DNA of 64,000 nucleotides from the NCBI RefSeq assembly GCF_006345805.1, contig NC_043007.1:62000001-62064000 (forward strand). The letters are read 5' to 3'. The translations under genes were made by a program, and so were the position numbers. How positions within the stretch are numbered: the first letter of the stretch is position 1; each line of letters begins with the position of its first letter. Below, one piece after another: positions 34,151 through 49,000 of this stretch. The notes beneath the pieces are model-generated. The model was given only the letters and a program-made list of their open reading frames with translations. It ran no database searches and was not told the DNA's origin. Source of the DNA: Octopus sinensis. Its lineage: Eukaryota.

Positions 34151-34799
34151 AGTATGAACAGGGTTAGGGTTAGCAGATATGAATGATGTATCAAAGATCT
34201 GGACATATTTTTAGAATTATGCATTGCAAACTGAAAGATTTTAGCTCCTGTGAAGGAAATAATAATCTTGCTGTAAGATTAAGAGTTCAGAGGTACTGAA
34301 GTTTAGCAATATATATCAAACAGATTTAGGCTGGAATTTTTCCATTAAGACATGACAATGGTAATGTTAGTCATCCACAGAGAAAATTATTTATCATAGA
34401 CCTGTTGGACTTCCATATAGTTCTCTATTGAAAGAAGCTCTTTTTCAGAAGCAGTGAAGCAAGTAATAACAGAAAAAAAAATAAGTAGAGATAAAGAGAG
34501 AGACAAGGAAGAGAGGTGAGACAAGGAAGAAAGGAGAGAATAAAAAAGGAAGAAAGGAAGAGAAAGAGAGAGAGTAGCAGAGTGGTAAAGTAACAAGAAA
34601 TAAACAAGTGATTTTTGTAGTTTAAAGAGTTCAGATCAATTTCTTCTCTCAAAAAAGAATTAAACAAAAATTATACATTAATCAAATGGCAAAGTCCTTC
34701 AGCAATTGAAATATTTGCTTCAACAACTTGATATTCCTAAACTCATGCAAGTCATACTAAAAGTAAATCAAATGCAGAAACAACAAAAAAAGTACAAAC

Positions 34800-34836
34800 C
34801 ATATATAAAAGTGTTTTCATATTCAGGGTAAATAAT
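34800..34836 (-). CDS. ABCD4: ABCD4 37-nt micro-exon
   Basis: IIYPEYENTFIY+G; supplies exactly the phase needed between exons 35905 and 29611; homologous to the vertebrate VIYP segment. Confidence 0.85.
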
Positions 34837-35904
34837 CTGCAATTGAAGCATAACTCTGTTGTAAATGACATTAAAATAAGGTAATTAGTATAATTAAATT
34901 GATGTTATTGTTATACTTGGGGATGGTCATATCTTGCCAATTAAACACACACTATATATTTGGTCTTCACTTCAGCTTTATTATTATTATTAGTATCTTA
35001 GTGTCTTTGTCAAAATATCCCATGTGTCTCCTCTTGTACAGCTTAGACCTTTTTTTTTTTTACATAAATTGATGTTCTGTACTATAAATCCACTAAATTA
35101 CTTTGACTGCAGTAAAACTTCCACTTTTTGTCTATGTTACTGATATACCAACACAGCATGAAAAATTAAAATCTTCAGAATACAAAAATAAATTTCCATG
35201 CTTAATAGACACACACCCTCGTGGTGTAAAATGAAACAGAGTGTTTAATGTTTCTATGATAAACAGAGTCATGCCTTGAAACTATCTAAATTAAAACCAT
35301 CCATTCAAATTTTGTGTTAATTTATGTTCCAAACATCAGCTCAATAATGACAAAGTCATTTTACAGAATTCTTCTTTATTTTCAAAATTAATTGAAATAA
35401 AGATAGTAAATGACAAAAATATGGCAGCAAAAGTACTAACATACACAATAATCACAAACAGACCATTTTGTTCTCAGCAAATCTACATGGATTGGAGGAA
35501 GCTGATAATCAAGGAATTAAACTCTTCTCCTATTGATATGGTTGGTAAAAAAAAATATTTGGCCTATTTCCATCACAGAAGTTGATAAGACAGATGTTTA
35601 GCCATAAAAACTCATGGCCCCAAATCTTATGGAAAGCAATGTGTTGTATCTGTTTCTCTAGAACAATGTAATATTCTAAGACAGACAAATGAATTTCAAT
35701 ATGTTCAGCTAGAGGTATCTTGAAAATGATATATGTAGAGAAATAAGATATTAGGAGAATAAACATGTAAAGAACATAGAAAGTAATGAAAAAAATAAAT
35801 AACCAAATTATTCCAAAGAAATTTTCAAAAATTATTTTCAAGCAGGAAAACAAATGCAACAAGATGCTTTGACAATCAAGAATCATTGCCATGCAAAAAC
35901 TCAC

Positions 35905-35996
35905 TTGTTGTAATAAACTCCCATTGGTAAGATATGGTTTTTGTGGCAAGAACATAATTCCATCAGAACCAAGGAAATGGGGACAACTGATAGTTC
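35905..35996 (-). CDS. ABCD4: ABCD4 exon (Q-loop)
   Basis: GTISCPHFLGSDGIMFLPQKPYLTNGSLLQQ; gtgagt donor. Confidence 0.95.
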
Positions 35997-38234
35997 CTGA
36001 AACAATGAAAAGCAGTTAAGAGTATAAAGACTTTTAACAACTTGATTTATTTGAGTAATTATGCAATCACAAAGCATGAGTTAAATTTGTTCCCGATACA
36101 ATTTTATAACATGTTATTTATCACATAGACTAAAATATGAAAAGTAAATTGGCCAACCTCACAACAGCACATCTCAAGTGGTGTTGTTCTTGTAGTGGTT
36201 GTTGGTTTTATAATATTGTTGATTCTTTTAGGCACTACTGAAGACCTGGTCTTCAAGGAGGGATAGTTCTTACAGGAAAATCTGCAGTAGAATCAGAAGA
36301 AATTCTAGATGTGGTAGCGAAATCTAGAATCAACAGGCAACAAAGTAAACTTATCAAAGACAATGCAGAAAGAAGATAAGCCCCTACTCCAACAGGAAAA
36401 CGTCTGCATTTGATATGCAGAAAAGAAGTTAAGTAGAGTTACATTTGTTGTACCCAGTGTAAACTATAGTCACACAAGATGTGTAGAGGGATCTCAGGAA
36501 AGCTAACAATGAAGGTAGATTATATGAGGTAGATATTTAGAAGCAGTAAATACTAGATTCATTCAGGTTTTCACAGCGCCCAATAACTAATTGAAAGCTT
36601 CTGATATCTAGATGAACTAATTAGCATTGGAAATGGGTGCTTTAAATGGATAGTAGTCAACATATAAAAGCAAGCTAGGAGCTATTATCTCTGCTGTAAC
36701 AAAAGGTTTCTTTCTCAAAGTAAAGATGAGATTATATGATGCCTGTGTACAGAGTATGACATTGCATAGAAGTGAGATGTATACACTGAATGCAAAGGAT
36801 TTCATTGCATTCTTCAGTTCTACATGAAATATTTAATGTTGTCACTGCTTACATTTTGCACTGTGGATACACCACTGTCCATCCTATTGCAGTAAACTGT
36901 CCACTTTGCTAGGTGAATTTACACATTAGAAGATAAGTGTCACAACTGAGGCTAAAATGGCTGTTGTTGTGAAAGGGCACTAATCACCGACACTCAATCA
37001 TTGGCTGTTTGCTACACTCTCTCACTACAGCCACCAATAATCTCCTGAGAACTAACAATAGAGATTTTATATGGTTGCTTTGCCTGCAAGAAATAGCAAC
37101 CACATTTTAAAAATCAAACACTTCCTTCTTGAAAAAAAAAAAGACACAAAATAATATAGTCCTTCACACCCCTTAAAAAATGGAATGGTCATAGTTGGAA
37201 CGTCATTAGTCCTAGATCTGCTCAATCAATGCAACAACAATGTTCTGAACCAATTACCCAAAATAAATACAAGAATTAGTCTCATAGCTCCCTTTTTTTT
37301 TATTTGTTTATCTTAATATTGTTTATTTCATATAAGTGCGAAACCTTCTAAGCAAAGATTAGCAGAAGTGACTGAGGGGAAGAGATATCCATCTTTTAGC
37401 AACAGCAATAGTGAACCAGTTTTGCCATAGACAGGGAACAATCATGAAGGAAAAAATATCAGTGTTGAGTGGCCAACACTTCTAACACTGTGGGCTAGCC
37501 AGAAGTGAATGTTTAACAAACTGTGTGTCAGATGTCTTTCTCTTTTGCATGCTTAAGCTCATTCCTCTGATGCCCATTTTTTCTCTCAGCTTACTGCTAA
37601 GTTCGCTATTCATATCACACTAACATTACACATTCAGCAGAGTGTGCTGATTTCACTTCTTTCCAGTCCCCAGACATTACATTCGATGTCCACATCACAC
37701 TACCATGCAAGTGATATACAATCATTAAATCTTTTGTTGGTAACAGAAATCATAGTGTCTTGAATTTTTACTACTTTGTCCTAAATCTAACAGCTATGCA
37801 TTTAGCATAACATCCTGTAATGATGATTAGGTCACCTTGGTAACAAAAGCTATCAATTAATTCTCACAAAAATTCTAGGCAGATGAAAACCTTCATTCCT
37901 TTAGTATTATTATTGCTACAAGGATACTATTACTTCTAACTTCTCTTTTTGTATCAGTTACATATGAAATCAATCTTCTTTATCAACCTGCCTGGGATCC
38001 CACTATATCTTTTGTGGATCCATAATTCCTACCTAGTCTCTTTTCAGATATTGCATATGACCATCTCACTAGAGTTTTGCTTACATGCCTGCTGATTAAA
38101 TTTGTCTTTGCTAAGTTGACCTATGTGCTTCTCAGTTGTGTAAGCATATATACATATATATATATGTATAGATATACACATATATAACCCATGCCAACAT
38201 ACAAAATGGACATTAAATGATGACGTTGATGTTG

Positions 38235-38304
<70 letters not shown>

Positions 38305-38689
38305 CAAGAATCCCTCACAATATAAGTGTAATGCATTCCTAAAAATCTTGTAATACGAAATCTCATACTATAAAATCTATTTCCTATTGACTTTCATGTT
38401 ACAAAATGAGATGTAATTCGGTGGAATTTTTCTGAAAAAATAACAACAAAAAAGACAACATAACTACTTTTATGCATGCAAATAACAATTTCCAAACAAA
38501 TACATAGTACAACAATTATACATAAAAAAATTTGAAGAGAAATAAGTTAGTGAATAAATAAGAATCATAACACCATAAAAAGGTGCATTCTTATTACTAA
38601 AGATGTTGACCATTGTGTGAGAAGCAGTTGAGGAATGATATTTACTAAGAGGATAATAGACACTATCTTCTATCTTATAATTTATCATC

Positions 38690-41600
38690 AACATCTATTT
38701 GAGGGATGAAGAAATTATCCAAAATTGTTTGATGTTTATGGCACATCATCACTTAATTCATCAGTGTGGGAACTGAACTCATTGTAAACTCACTTTGAAC
38801 TTTTTACATTACATTCACAATTAGGGTTATTATCAGCAAAAAACTCGCAGACCTTCTACAAATGCCAAACTTTTAGCAATATTCTTTGTAGTCAATTTAA
38901 GTGAACTTGGTGGAATTTCCATATTTTCATTTGTATTCCCAGCTTCTTGTTGTATAAATACCATCAACTCCTCAATAGCTAAACTTTTTCTATGGGACAC
39001 TAGTAACACGTCGTCCTCTAAAACTTCTTCAAATCTTACATCATTTACAAGCATTACAATATCTCTCCAAAGTTATTGTAGACTTTATACTTGTGGAAAG
39101 CTTGTAATTTCCCAGATATAGCCAAGTCACATATTTTTTCAAGCACCATTCAAAGTTGAGGGCATCACTTCATCTGTTGACTCAGTTATGTTATCCACAG
39201 CAATGATTATGTTGAATTTTTTCCAGAAGTCTCTAACTGTTGGTTTATCTTCCTATGAAATGCCTTCGTAAGTTGTTTGAAAGTTCTTCTGAGATAATAT
39301 ACCTTGAAGTTAGCTGTCACACCTTCATCCATTGACTAGAGCAGTGGTTCCCAAACCGTGTGCTGCGGCACACTGGTGCACCGCAAGATGTAATAAGGTG
39401 TGCCTCGAAAAAGTAAGATTATATTTCAAAATATGAAAAATACAAACTGAAATTCACTATAAAGTTCATATATAAATGTCAAAGTGGCAAAAAACTAAAT
39501 ACTAAGTTCTAAACTAAGAATGAGATGTTGTTGTGTCATTCAATTATGGTATGACATTGATAGTGTTATTCAATTTTCATAAGGATAAGAACTAAATTAG
39601 CATCAATCTATCCTTGAAATTGATGTCTTATGGACACATTTAGTGCATGACTATGTTTCAGTTTATTTCGGTTGTAGCCTCAGCAGTTTTCATTTCAATA
39701 ATAAGTGGGAAAAATAAATTATTGAACTAAAACATACAAATGTTGAACTAAATCTTTTAATATGTCCTCCCATATTGCAGCTGTATTTCAATTTTTTTCA
39801 TTCATATAGTGGCAAGAATTTTCATCTTTTCAATAAATTTTGAAAGACTTCTTAAAAGAATCTGATAATATGTGACACACATATGTTAGTAATTTGTGCT
39901 CTTTGTGCAATACAATTCATATTAACAGACTAAATTACCCATAAAATGGAAAAGTTTATTGAGAGGAAACATAACTGTAATGATTATGAATCTGAAAGTG
40001 AACTCTCATCAAAAGCAACTAAGCATAATGATAATTATGTGAAAACTCAACCCAATCATAAATATTGCAATAGATATTTAAAGTTCAGATTTCATTGAAC
40101 TGGCAACAAGGATCAACTTCTTCAGCTGGGTTTTGTTTGTGGTGAAAAGATGTCTAACGAAGGCATGTTGACCAGCAAGTTGAAAAGACATTTTACAACT
40201 AAACACTCACATCTTCAATGTAAAGATCTGAATTATTTCCAAAGACTGCTAGAACAGCAATCTAAACAATGAAACTATTTTGAAAGAAGGATGAATGCTT
40301 CTGAAAAGGCTCAAGTTGTGTCTATTGAGATAGCCAAAACGATTGCACCATGAATGAAAGCACATACTTTAACTGAGTCGATTATCTTACCTGCTTTTAG
40401 AAAGATGTTAGGTGATGAAGCTGAGCAAGAAATAAGTAAGATTCCGCTCTTGAATAATACAATCCATAGGAGAATTATGGGTTTATGTATCTGCTGATAT
40501 AGAGGAAAATGTACACAACAAACTTCAGAACTCGTTTTACAAGTTGATGAATCAACTGACATTAGCAACAAAGTAACATTAGTTACATTTATTCACTTTA
40601 TTGATGGTAACCAAATCATAAATCAGTTTTGTTGCAAAGAAATGCCACTCACTACAAAAGGTCAAGATATTTTTGACATTTTATCTGCCTACCTTGAAAA
40701 ATGGAATGTATCCCGGAATTCATGTGTTGGAAGATGTACCAATGGGGCACCATCTATGATAGGCTCTATTAAAGATTTTGTATCTCCTGTACAACAGCAA
40801 AATCCTAATGCTATATGTACTCATTGCTTCCTACATATTTCAAAAATAATACCAGTTGGTTTAAAGTAAGTATTAAACCAAGTTGTTGAAATTGTCAATT
40901 ATATTAAAAGTAGGCCATTGAAGTGTTGCTTAGTTGAACAAATTTGTGTTGATATAGATTCCCAGCACAAGCGCTTGCTTTTACACACAAAAGTCAGATG
41001 GCTCTCAAAAGGTAAGGTGCTATGTCATATACATGAACTCCAGAAGAAATTGCATGCAATTTTTAAAGAAGAAAAACATAAATGCTTCTTGGAATATCTA
41101 CAATGTGAATTTTGGGTTTCCAAGCTGGAATATTTAACAGAGATATTTGCACAACTTAATAGCATCAACACAAGTATGCAAAGTAGAGATGCAAACATTC
41201 TCACTTCGACAGATAAGCTGGTTTCATTTAAAAAGGAAGTCATAATTTGGAAAAATAGAGCTGAATGTAGTAACTTCAAAATGTTTCCCTTAATACAGAA
41301 AAGCTGCATAAAAGAAATGACTACTATTGTATTTGAACATTTGACAAATCTGGAAGTAAAAATAAACTTTTATCTTCTGGCACTGAATACAGAAGAGTAT
41401 GAGTGGGTTTGAAATCCCTTCATAAAAATCCCATCTAATATTGGTCTGAAAATATGTGAAGAAGTGGAATTGGAATCTATAACCAGTGATCTCGGACTTC
41501 AAATCAAGTATGCTGAGTTACCTATTGATACATTTTGGATTGCTATCATAGGTGAATACCTCTCAGTAGCAGAAAAAGCTTTATCTGTTTTAATGCGGTT

Positions 41601-42720
41601 TTTCACATCGTATTTATGTGAGTTGGGATTTTTAACCTTCAATAACATCATACCTCAAAAAAGAGATAGGCTCTGTTGTAGCGAAGAAGAAATGAGGGTT
41701 TGTCTTTCTCAAATACATTCCAATATTGAAAACGTTTCCAAAAAACATCAAGTGCATGTTTGTCATTGATAACTCTGCTTCATATATCGAATAATGAGTA
41801 GGTACATGCAACTTTTCTGCATTTTAATTATCTATATATTACATTATAGTTTATGCTATGCTAATATGTATAAAAAAAACCTATTGAATAAATTTTAGAA
41901 CTTATGTACAAAGTGCACCAAAATATTTTGACTTCTTGTAAGGTGCACTGTGAGTAATAAAAGTTTGGGAACCACTGGGCTAGAGCAAAGAATGTGTATT
42001 CTTGGGAATATATTTTCTCTTACACTATGAAAAAGCTCATTTGGTGCATTGTCTGAAAGGAGCAATGCTTCTTTGGAAATATGTCGGGCTCTGTACCTTT
42101 CTATAGCAAGACAAAAATTGTTTGCAAGCTAATCTTCAAAAAGATTCTATGCCTTCTTATCTGAATGCCAAATCAGAAGTAGATTAAATTCTGCATAACA
42201 CTTGAAAGCCCTTGGATAGGGGTTTTAATTTCATATCATCAAGAGCATTTCCACCCAAAAGATGTGTCAGACGATTTTTGGAAACTTTAGGTCATTAGTG
42301 TTAATCTTTCTTCTCAAAAAATAAAAATTCTAGTAGACATGCACTTCCAGAAAAGTGCAGCTTCACTATTATATATTTACTCTGGTGTGTAGAAACCTTC
42401 AGCAATTGTTTTCTTTAGCTGTTTAGGATGATCTGAAGCAGCTTCTGAATCAGCATCTTCATCAGTCACATTTTATGGTGTAAAAATTCAAGCACTTCTT
42501 AATCCTTTCAAATCAGCATTAACTTGTCTGAAAAGGTTTTTCGATAGATGCTTCAACTTCCTTTTTCAGCAAATCATCAAACAAACTTTTATCTTGATTT
42601 TGATTTACCACTGTCAAGTCAGATCTTCAATCCATACATCCAACAGCTATTCCATTTTAAGCATCACACATAACCTTTGAGGTCAAAGGAGTTCATGGAG
42701 TAGCATCTTGAGCTAATTTT
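38690..42720 (-). mobile_element. Tigger/pogo transposon remnant, interrupted by the Buster element
   Basis: KME*LLDVWIEDL, GEAASAD, LFWK, PKNTHSLL*PMDEGVTANFKVYYLRRTF across the insertion point. Confidence 0.8.
39342..41977 (+). mobile_element. hAT (Buster/Charlie type) transposon, full length, decayed transposase
   Basis: TIRs cagtggttcccaaac / gtttgggaaccactg; 8 bp TSD gactagag / ggctagag; BED finger CFVCGEKMSN...KLKRHF.TKH, QVDESTD, THCFLH, VRWLSKGKVL, SYLCELGF. Confidence 0.93.
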
Positions 42721-43875
42721 CTCTTGATTGTCATATATTTTTCCCACTGTAGATGTTGCAAGCTTTAGTGTTTTGCCAATCACCATTATTATCATCAATT
42801 TGAAAATCACTTTTTCCACGCTTGCATGGATCAGTCAGACTTTGTTGCAGCAGGTTTTCTATGGCTCAATGCCCTTCTTGTCACCAACCTTCACCTGTTT
42901 CCAAGTAAGGAAATAGGTGAGTTTTCTTATGACCAGATATGTTTTCCCAAGAGATTGGAAATGGACACCTCTTGAATGATAGCAACATTTGCTTACAACT
43001 ACCAAGTAATGTCAAGGTAAGGAGACACTAGCACACATATACACACCACTTTGCTGACATACAACATATGTAGCTAAAGACATTGCTATCATGTTAATAC
43101 TGTTATTATAGCTGCCAGTTAATATTCAAAAGTTCATGGGTTGGAAATGGCAGTCATCATATTGTTTTTCGCGTTGATAGTGATTGTGTTGGTGAGAGAC
43201 AGTGGTGATGATGAATATTGAGATATATATATACTTACATATATATACATACGTACATAAATATATATATATACATACATATATATATATACACACATAC
43301 ACACACACACACATTAGCAGACAGACACACATATATATATATAGTTATTTATACTTTGATCTCTGCTAAAATGCCCAGAAGTAACTTTTGGCTAAGAAGA
43401 AAGTGTGGTATTTAAATTATTAAATTTATCCAAGTAAAAGGTTAAATTACAGGTTATGTCCCGAAATTAATGATCATCTTTTACAGTATATGTGAGAAAT
43501 CCTGTAACACAAGTTAGTTGTAAAGAGGGGAATACCTGTATATGTAATATTTGTATTTGGTAAGTCACCTTCTCAATTATGAAAGCATAAACACACACAC
43601 ACACACGTGTATATTTTATGCTTTTTTGAGTATACTTAAAGGTCAGATGCCCTCAGAATACTTGGACTTTGATCATGTAATGTGGAAGCAACTGACCCTG
43701 TCTTTTTGATTTGTTGTTCTATTTGTTATCCATTTGACCAAAGCTATCAAAATAATAAACAATTTTGCCTAAAGTGAATGCAACACAAAGGGTCTGAGTT
43801 AAGGGCAGAAAAAAAACAAAAAATCCATAAAATATACAAATATAATTGCAAAGTAAATGGAAAATAAAACCATAC

Positions 43876-43986
43876 CTGATGCATGTGGCCACAAGCCACT
43901 GATTACTCGTAACAAGGAGCTTTTACCACATCCACTTTCACCAGTTAATAATACATTTGTTCCAATTTGAAGTTGAAAGGTCAAAT
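43876..43986 (-). CDS. ABCD4: ABCD4 exon (Walker A)
   Basis: NLTFQLQIGTNVLLTGESGCGKSSLLRVISGLWPHASG. Confidence 0.97.
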
Positions 43987-46079
43987 CTTTCAAAGAAACA
44001 AGAAAGAGAAAATAAAAGAACATTTTTGTTTAATCACTAATTGATTATAATTAGTATACTCTATTATCTTATAATTAGCAATCCCACACTCACTTCTAAA
44101 ATGTAAGGAGTCATGTAGCTTTTTGACAGTAAGAAACCCATTCTGCCCTGGCCCATTTCTTCCATACCTTATCCTTCTCTACTCCTCTTTCTCCTGGTGT
44201 TGGTGGCCTCACTAGAGCTGGTACCATGACAAAAGCACCCAACAAATACTGCAAAATGAATGGCATTAGGAAGGACATCCAACCATAGAAACCGTACCAA
44301 AGCAGACACTGGAGCACAATGCAGTCCTTAGGCCCATTGGATCCTGTCAAACCATCCAACTCATGCCAGCATGGAACATGGACATCAAATGATGATGACG
44401 ATGACAATGATGATATTATTATATAATTAGTATGTTATATTATTTTAATAACTCTGGGCAATATAGGGAGATGTACTTGCATAGCAAGTGATTTGATCTG
44501 AGATCGTGTGCTGGAACGAAAACAATTGCAGCATGGAAGGTGCTTGTAAGCCATTTAAGAAACACACAAAAGCTGTTCGATTCACTTCAACATTTAAGTT
44601 TAATTTGTCAAAATATTTTTGTCGCTAAAATCCGCGACCTGTTCACTGACAAAAATCCGTGCTGCATCTCTGGGCAATATATTTTATTTGAACGTAAGCA
44701 TCACATTGATGACGAAGATGATATATATACATACATATATACGCACATACATACACACACACACACATTTATATATATTACATTAATGAATTCGCAGAAT
44801 AATAAGAGTCAGATAGATTACTTTGCAACATTTGGTTCCAACTCTCTGCAGTCTAAGTTCAAATCTTGCCTAGACCAACTTTTCTCTTCATTTTTTTTTC
44901 TTTTTGGTGGGGAGAAGGGGTAAATAAATGAATTACCAGTCATGTACTGAGATTGTTTTTGTGATACAATATAAATGGCTTGCTAGTAGCCCAAGCAGTG
45001 TCAATGCAAAGACGTGTCAGATACACTGTGCCGAGAGAAGGTGAGAAAGGGGACCTCTCACAGCTTCTGTCTTTCCAGAAATGGTGGAAAGTTAAGTAAG
45101 AATCTAAAAACATCTTCTCAAAGAAAAACCAATATGATAATGAACCATCCAAGAAAAGATTAATGTGCAGTGCAACATGGAATGGAAGTACAGGAAAGAA
45201 ATGTAATCATGTTGTCAAAAGCCTGATGTATGTTGTGTTTGCAAAAGTGCTAAGTCTGCTGAGATTTATTGAAAGAAAAAATGGTGTCCTTGACTTCCTT
45301 AGTGGCAATATAGCCACAATGGAAAAGAATTCTTGGTTTGTGTCATTGAAATATGTATTGTTGTAATACAAAGCCACCACACATTTTTTTCTTTGAGTCA
45401 TATCAGCTCATAAAGAAAGGATTCTTATTCCAATCTAAATGGTATCTGAATAGAGGAGGATTCTCTTGCAGGTAAGGCTATTAGTCTACCAAGATAGATA
45501 GACTAACAGTTATACTGAGGCAAGTAGGATTAAGAGCAAGGTTACAACAATACCTGCAAAGACATATTAATCCATATACCAACAGCAAAATGTCTCTACT
45601 TCCAAGAAATCTTTCAATGCTAGATATTTAATACACAATATTAAAGAATTCAGTATAATAAGCTAAATGATTACTATCAACTAAGCAATATAGTGTGCAT
45701 AGACAACTGAAGTAACACCAGAGTATCACTGGTATATATATCTTTATTGACTTTCCCTACTATAGAGGAATGAAAAGCAACATCAACTCTTCTCAGGTTC
45801 TTATACAATGATTTATTGATCTTGATGATTTAAAATATCTGGTTTAGTTACTGATGTTTCGCTTCATGTTGGTACCAAACAAGCAGACCTATGTTTAAAG
45901 GTGCACACCCTGTCTTTTTACTCAGAGTATTCAATGTGTTCTTCCTTTTCTACAACAGTTGGGCATGATTTGAGGGAGATCTGGTCACAGTTTCTAGCCA
46001 GCCAAGTGAGGCTCCCTATTGTGTCATCTAATCCTTTTTATAACCCATTGTACCTGTTACTACCAGAATTTAGTCTATT

Positions 46080-46383
46080 TATTCTTTTACTTGTTTCAGT
46101 CATTTGACTGTGGCCATGCTGGAGCACCACCTTAAAGCATTTTTTGTTGAAAAAATTGACCCCAGGGCTCCTTCTTTGTAAGTCTAATACTTATTCTAGC
46201 AGTCTCTTTTGCCAAACTGCTAAGTTATTGTTACATGAACACGCCAACATCAGTTGACAAGAGATAGTAGGGGGACAGACACAAAGACACACACACACAC
46301 AGTTTTCATCTACCAAATCCACTCACAAAGGTTTGGTGGGACTGAACCTGGAACCATGTGGTTGGAAAGCAAGCTTCTTACCA
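46080..46383 (-). mobile_element. tRNA-derived SINE (family A)
   Basis: Reverse-oriented copy with the same head and tail motifs as 19906-20280; another at 54915-55265(-) and a 5' part at 58762-58920(+). Confidence 0.8.
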
Positions 46384-46464
46384 TTAAAAAAAAGAAAAAA
46401 ACATCTTCTTACAATTAAAAAAAAGAAAAAACAGTTGAATCAACATCTCAGAATGGGAACTTAC

Positions 46465-46592
46465 TTTTACAAAGCATCACATTAGATCTAGGTATGCTAT
46501 ATGAAACATTCTGTACTTTGAAAGCAACATTTGAGCAACTGAAGGAATCTTCTAGAAGGGAAGATCTACGAAAAGAACAGTCATTTATAAAT
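46465..46592 (-). CDS. ABCD4: ABCD4 exon
   Basis: RFINDCSFRRSSLLEDSFSCSNVAFKVQNVSYSIPRSNVMLCK; attttcag acceptor, gtaagt donor, phases consistent. Confidence 0.9.
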
Positions 46593-47084
46593 CTGAAAAT
46601 AAAGTGATAATATTTACAGAAATTATTCATTCATATAACCAGACAGCATTTGCCAAAGTGTATTTTGTTAATGAACAAGTCCCATGAATTCTAACCCTAG
46701 GGACTGGCTCATTTCAGTGTTTTTCAATCAATCTCATCTATTAATGTTGCAGCAGCAATATTTCCAGGGTCTTGTCACAAACACTAGATGCCTATCTGGC
46801 AAATATCAAAAACAAAAACTGCTTCTAAAAACGTTAATGAATTATATTCAACTTTTAAGCAATCCATTCAAGATCAACAATAAAGTAAATGCAATAGGCT
46901 CTGTCTACAACGTTCTCTAACAAACATGCTAACAGCTACACAACAAGCATTAACTACAAATAAATATGCCACACAATGTGCTTTGACTGCAGTTCTAAAT
47001 AAGACCAAGGAAGGAGTTCTCTCTGTATTATCCTTGTGTGTGTGTGTTCATATCTATCTATCTATCTATCTATCTATATATATA

Positions 47085-47151
<67 letters not shown>

Positions 47152-48751
47152 CTTGGTGTAACAGCAAAATTGTCATGCTCACAAATTCTTAAAATTTCTT
47201 AAAACCAATAAACAAATCGATTTGCAATTTTCCATTTTTCCAGCTAAGGCATTTGACCATATTAACACCAGTTTTTGTAAGAATCAGTGAAATACCCATT
47301 GACATATTTAGTTAGAAAGAGAACAGGCTGAAATCGTTTGGTACCAGCCTCACCAGGTCTTCCCAAATAAGCAATGTTGAGAGGGCTAAGATCATCTTGG
47401 CCTTCAGTAAAGGTACCAACATTCATTCTCTGGCTCCTATCTTCAAAATCCATTTAAGAACCATCAAGAGAACTGGGAATAAGTTTAAGAAAGAGGAAAT
47501 AATAGAAATGAAAACTGGATCAGGAAATCATAACTGCAAGAGGAATTATCATTTCAATCTGGAGCTGAAGAGATCGATCAGAAGAGATCCATCTGAATCC
47601 ATAAGAGGTTTGGCACATAAGAGAGGAGTTTTGGTTATGAAAGTTCCAAGAGTAGTGACAAAAGACTTGAAAATGAAATCATACTGAGACTTGTGAGGCA
47701 CCTTGTTACTCCAGGACCAAAGGTTAGAAGGTTGAAGGGGGTGAAGATCATCTTGAACCAAGTGAAACATAATCCTGGAGTGATCTCTTACACAGATGAG
47801 AAGAATTTCACCCAAGATAAGCACACAAATAGATGCAAGAACTGCATTCTGGTTTCACCTCCTCATGAGAGAGCCAAAAATGTCATTTTCAAGTGCAAAA
47901 ACCTTGCCATGGTGATGATTTTTGCTTGTGTGGCTTGTAATGGCAAGAAGATGCCATTGATCATCTTTGAGATGGCTGAGAAATTGACAAATTTGTTATG
48001 TTCAGGTTTTGAAAGATGTAAAGACCTGGATTCTTTCTGAATATCCTAAGGTAAGAAATGAGGGAAACCCCAACAAGATCACTAAGAACTTCAAGTTTAC
48101 ATTCCAGCAAGATGGGGCACCTTATCACACAAGTGCAGTGGCTCAAAAATTTCTCAGGGAAAAGTTTAGGTACAGGTTTGGAGATAAGGACATCTGGCCT
48201 CCTTCATCACCTGATTTGAACTCTTTAGAATTCAGCAACTGGAATGAACTGGTCAGAAAAGCTTGTGAGAAACCCCACAATAATCTGCAAACCTTCAAAA
48301 ACTCCATCTGTAGGACGTAGGAGGAATACATTAATGAGGAATTCCTTAAGAAAGCTTGGGGTGCAATCAGGAAGAGGGTTGAGAATGTCATTGCTAAAAG
48401 AAGAGTAACACTTGATGCCGAACAGGTAGAATTTCAGCCAGAACTGTCTCTGACACTTTGAAAGAAAATTTTAAGCTTCCATTTGAACTTTATTCCAATC
48501 TCTTATAAGCACTCAACCTTGAGCTATGGTTAGATATTTATGAAAATGTCATTTGTGTCCATGATCAATTTCATCATGATTTTTCTGGTAAGCTTGGAGA
48601 GTAATCAATTTTTCTTGCCTAAAGTAGAGTCTAATAGTGTTGGGAAAAGCTCTGATAATTCCATTAAGTTATCTTTAAGCATTCCTGAAATACAAAGGTC
48701 CGAAGCTGAATCTAAAATTCAAAATTTAGACAATTTTGCTGATATACCCAG
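47152..48751 (+). mobile_element. Tc1/mariner-superfamily transposon, maT/DD37D-like, decayed
   Basis: TIRs cttggtgtaacagcaaaattgtc / gacaattttgctgatatacccag with TA flanks; YTDEKNF, FQQDGAPYH, WPPSSPDLNSLE. Confidence 0.88.
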
Positions 48752-48759
48752 TATATGTA

Positions 48760-49000
48760 CAGGTTTGGTCAAAAGTCACCCAAGAGACAGTAAATCAAAA
48801 TTCCATAAATACTTAATATTCAATTTTATTTATTCATTCCAATTATGAATGTTTAATAATTGAATGCTGTGAGTTAAAATCACCATTTTTCCCAACATTT
48901 GTCTATTTATTAGCAAAGTCTCATATAAAATATTTTTTAATTTTAATGTTGGAATTAAATGGGTTTTGATTTACTGCCAGGTGACTTTTGGCCAACTCTG
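48760..49000. mobile_element. Tc1/mariner-type MITE (241 bp)
   Basis: TIRs caggtttggtcaaaagtcacc / ggtgacttttggccaactctg, TA flanks. Confidence 0.85.
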
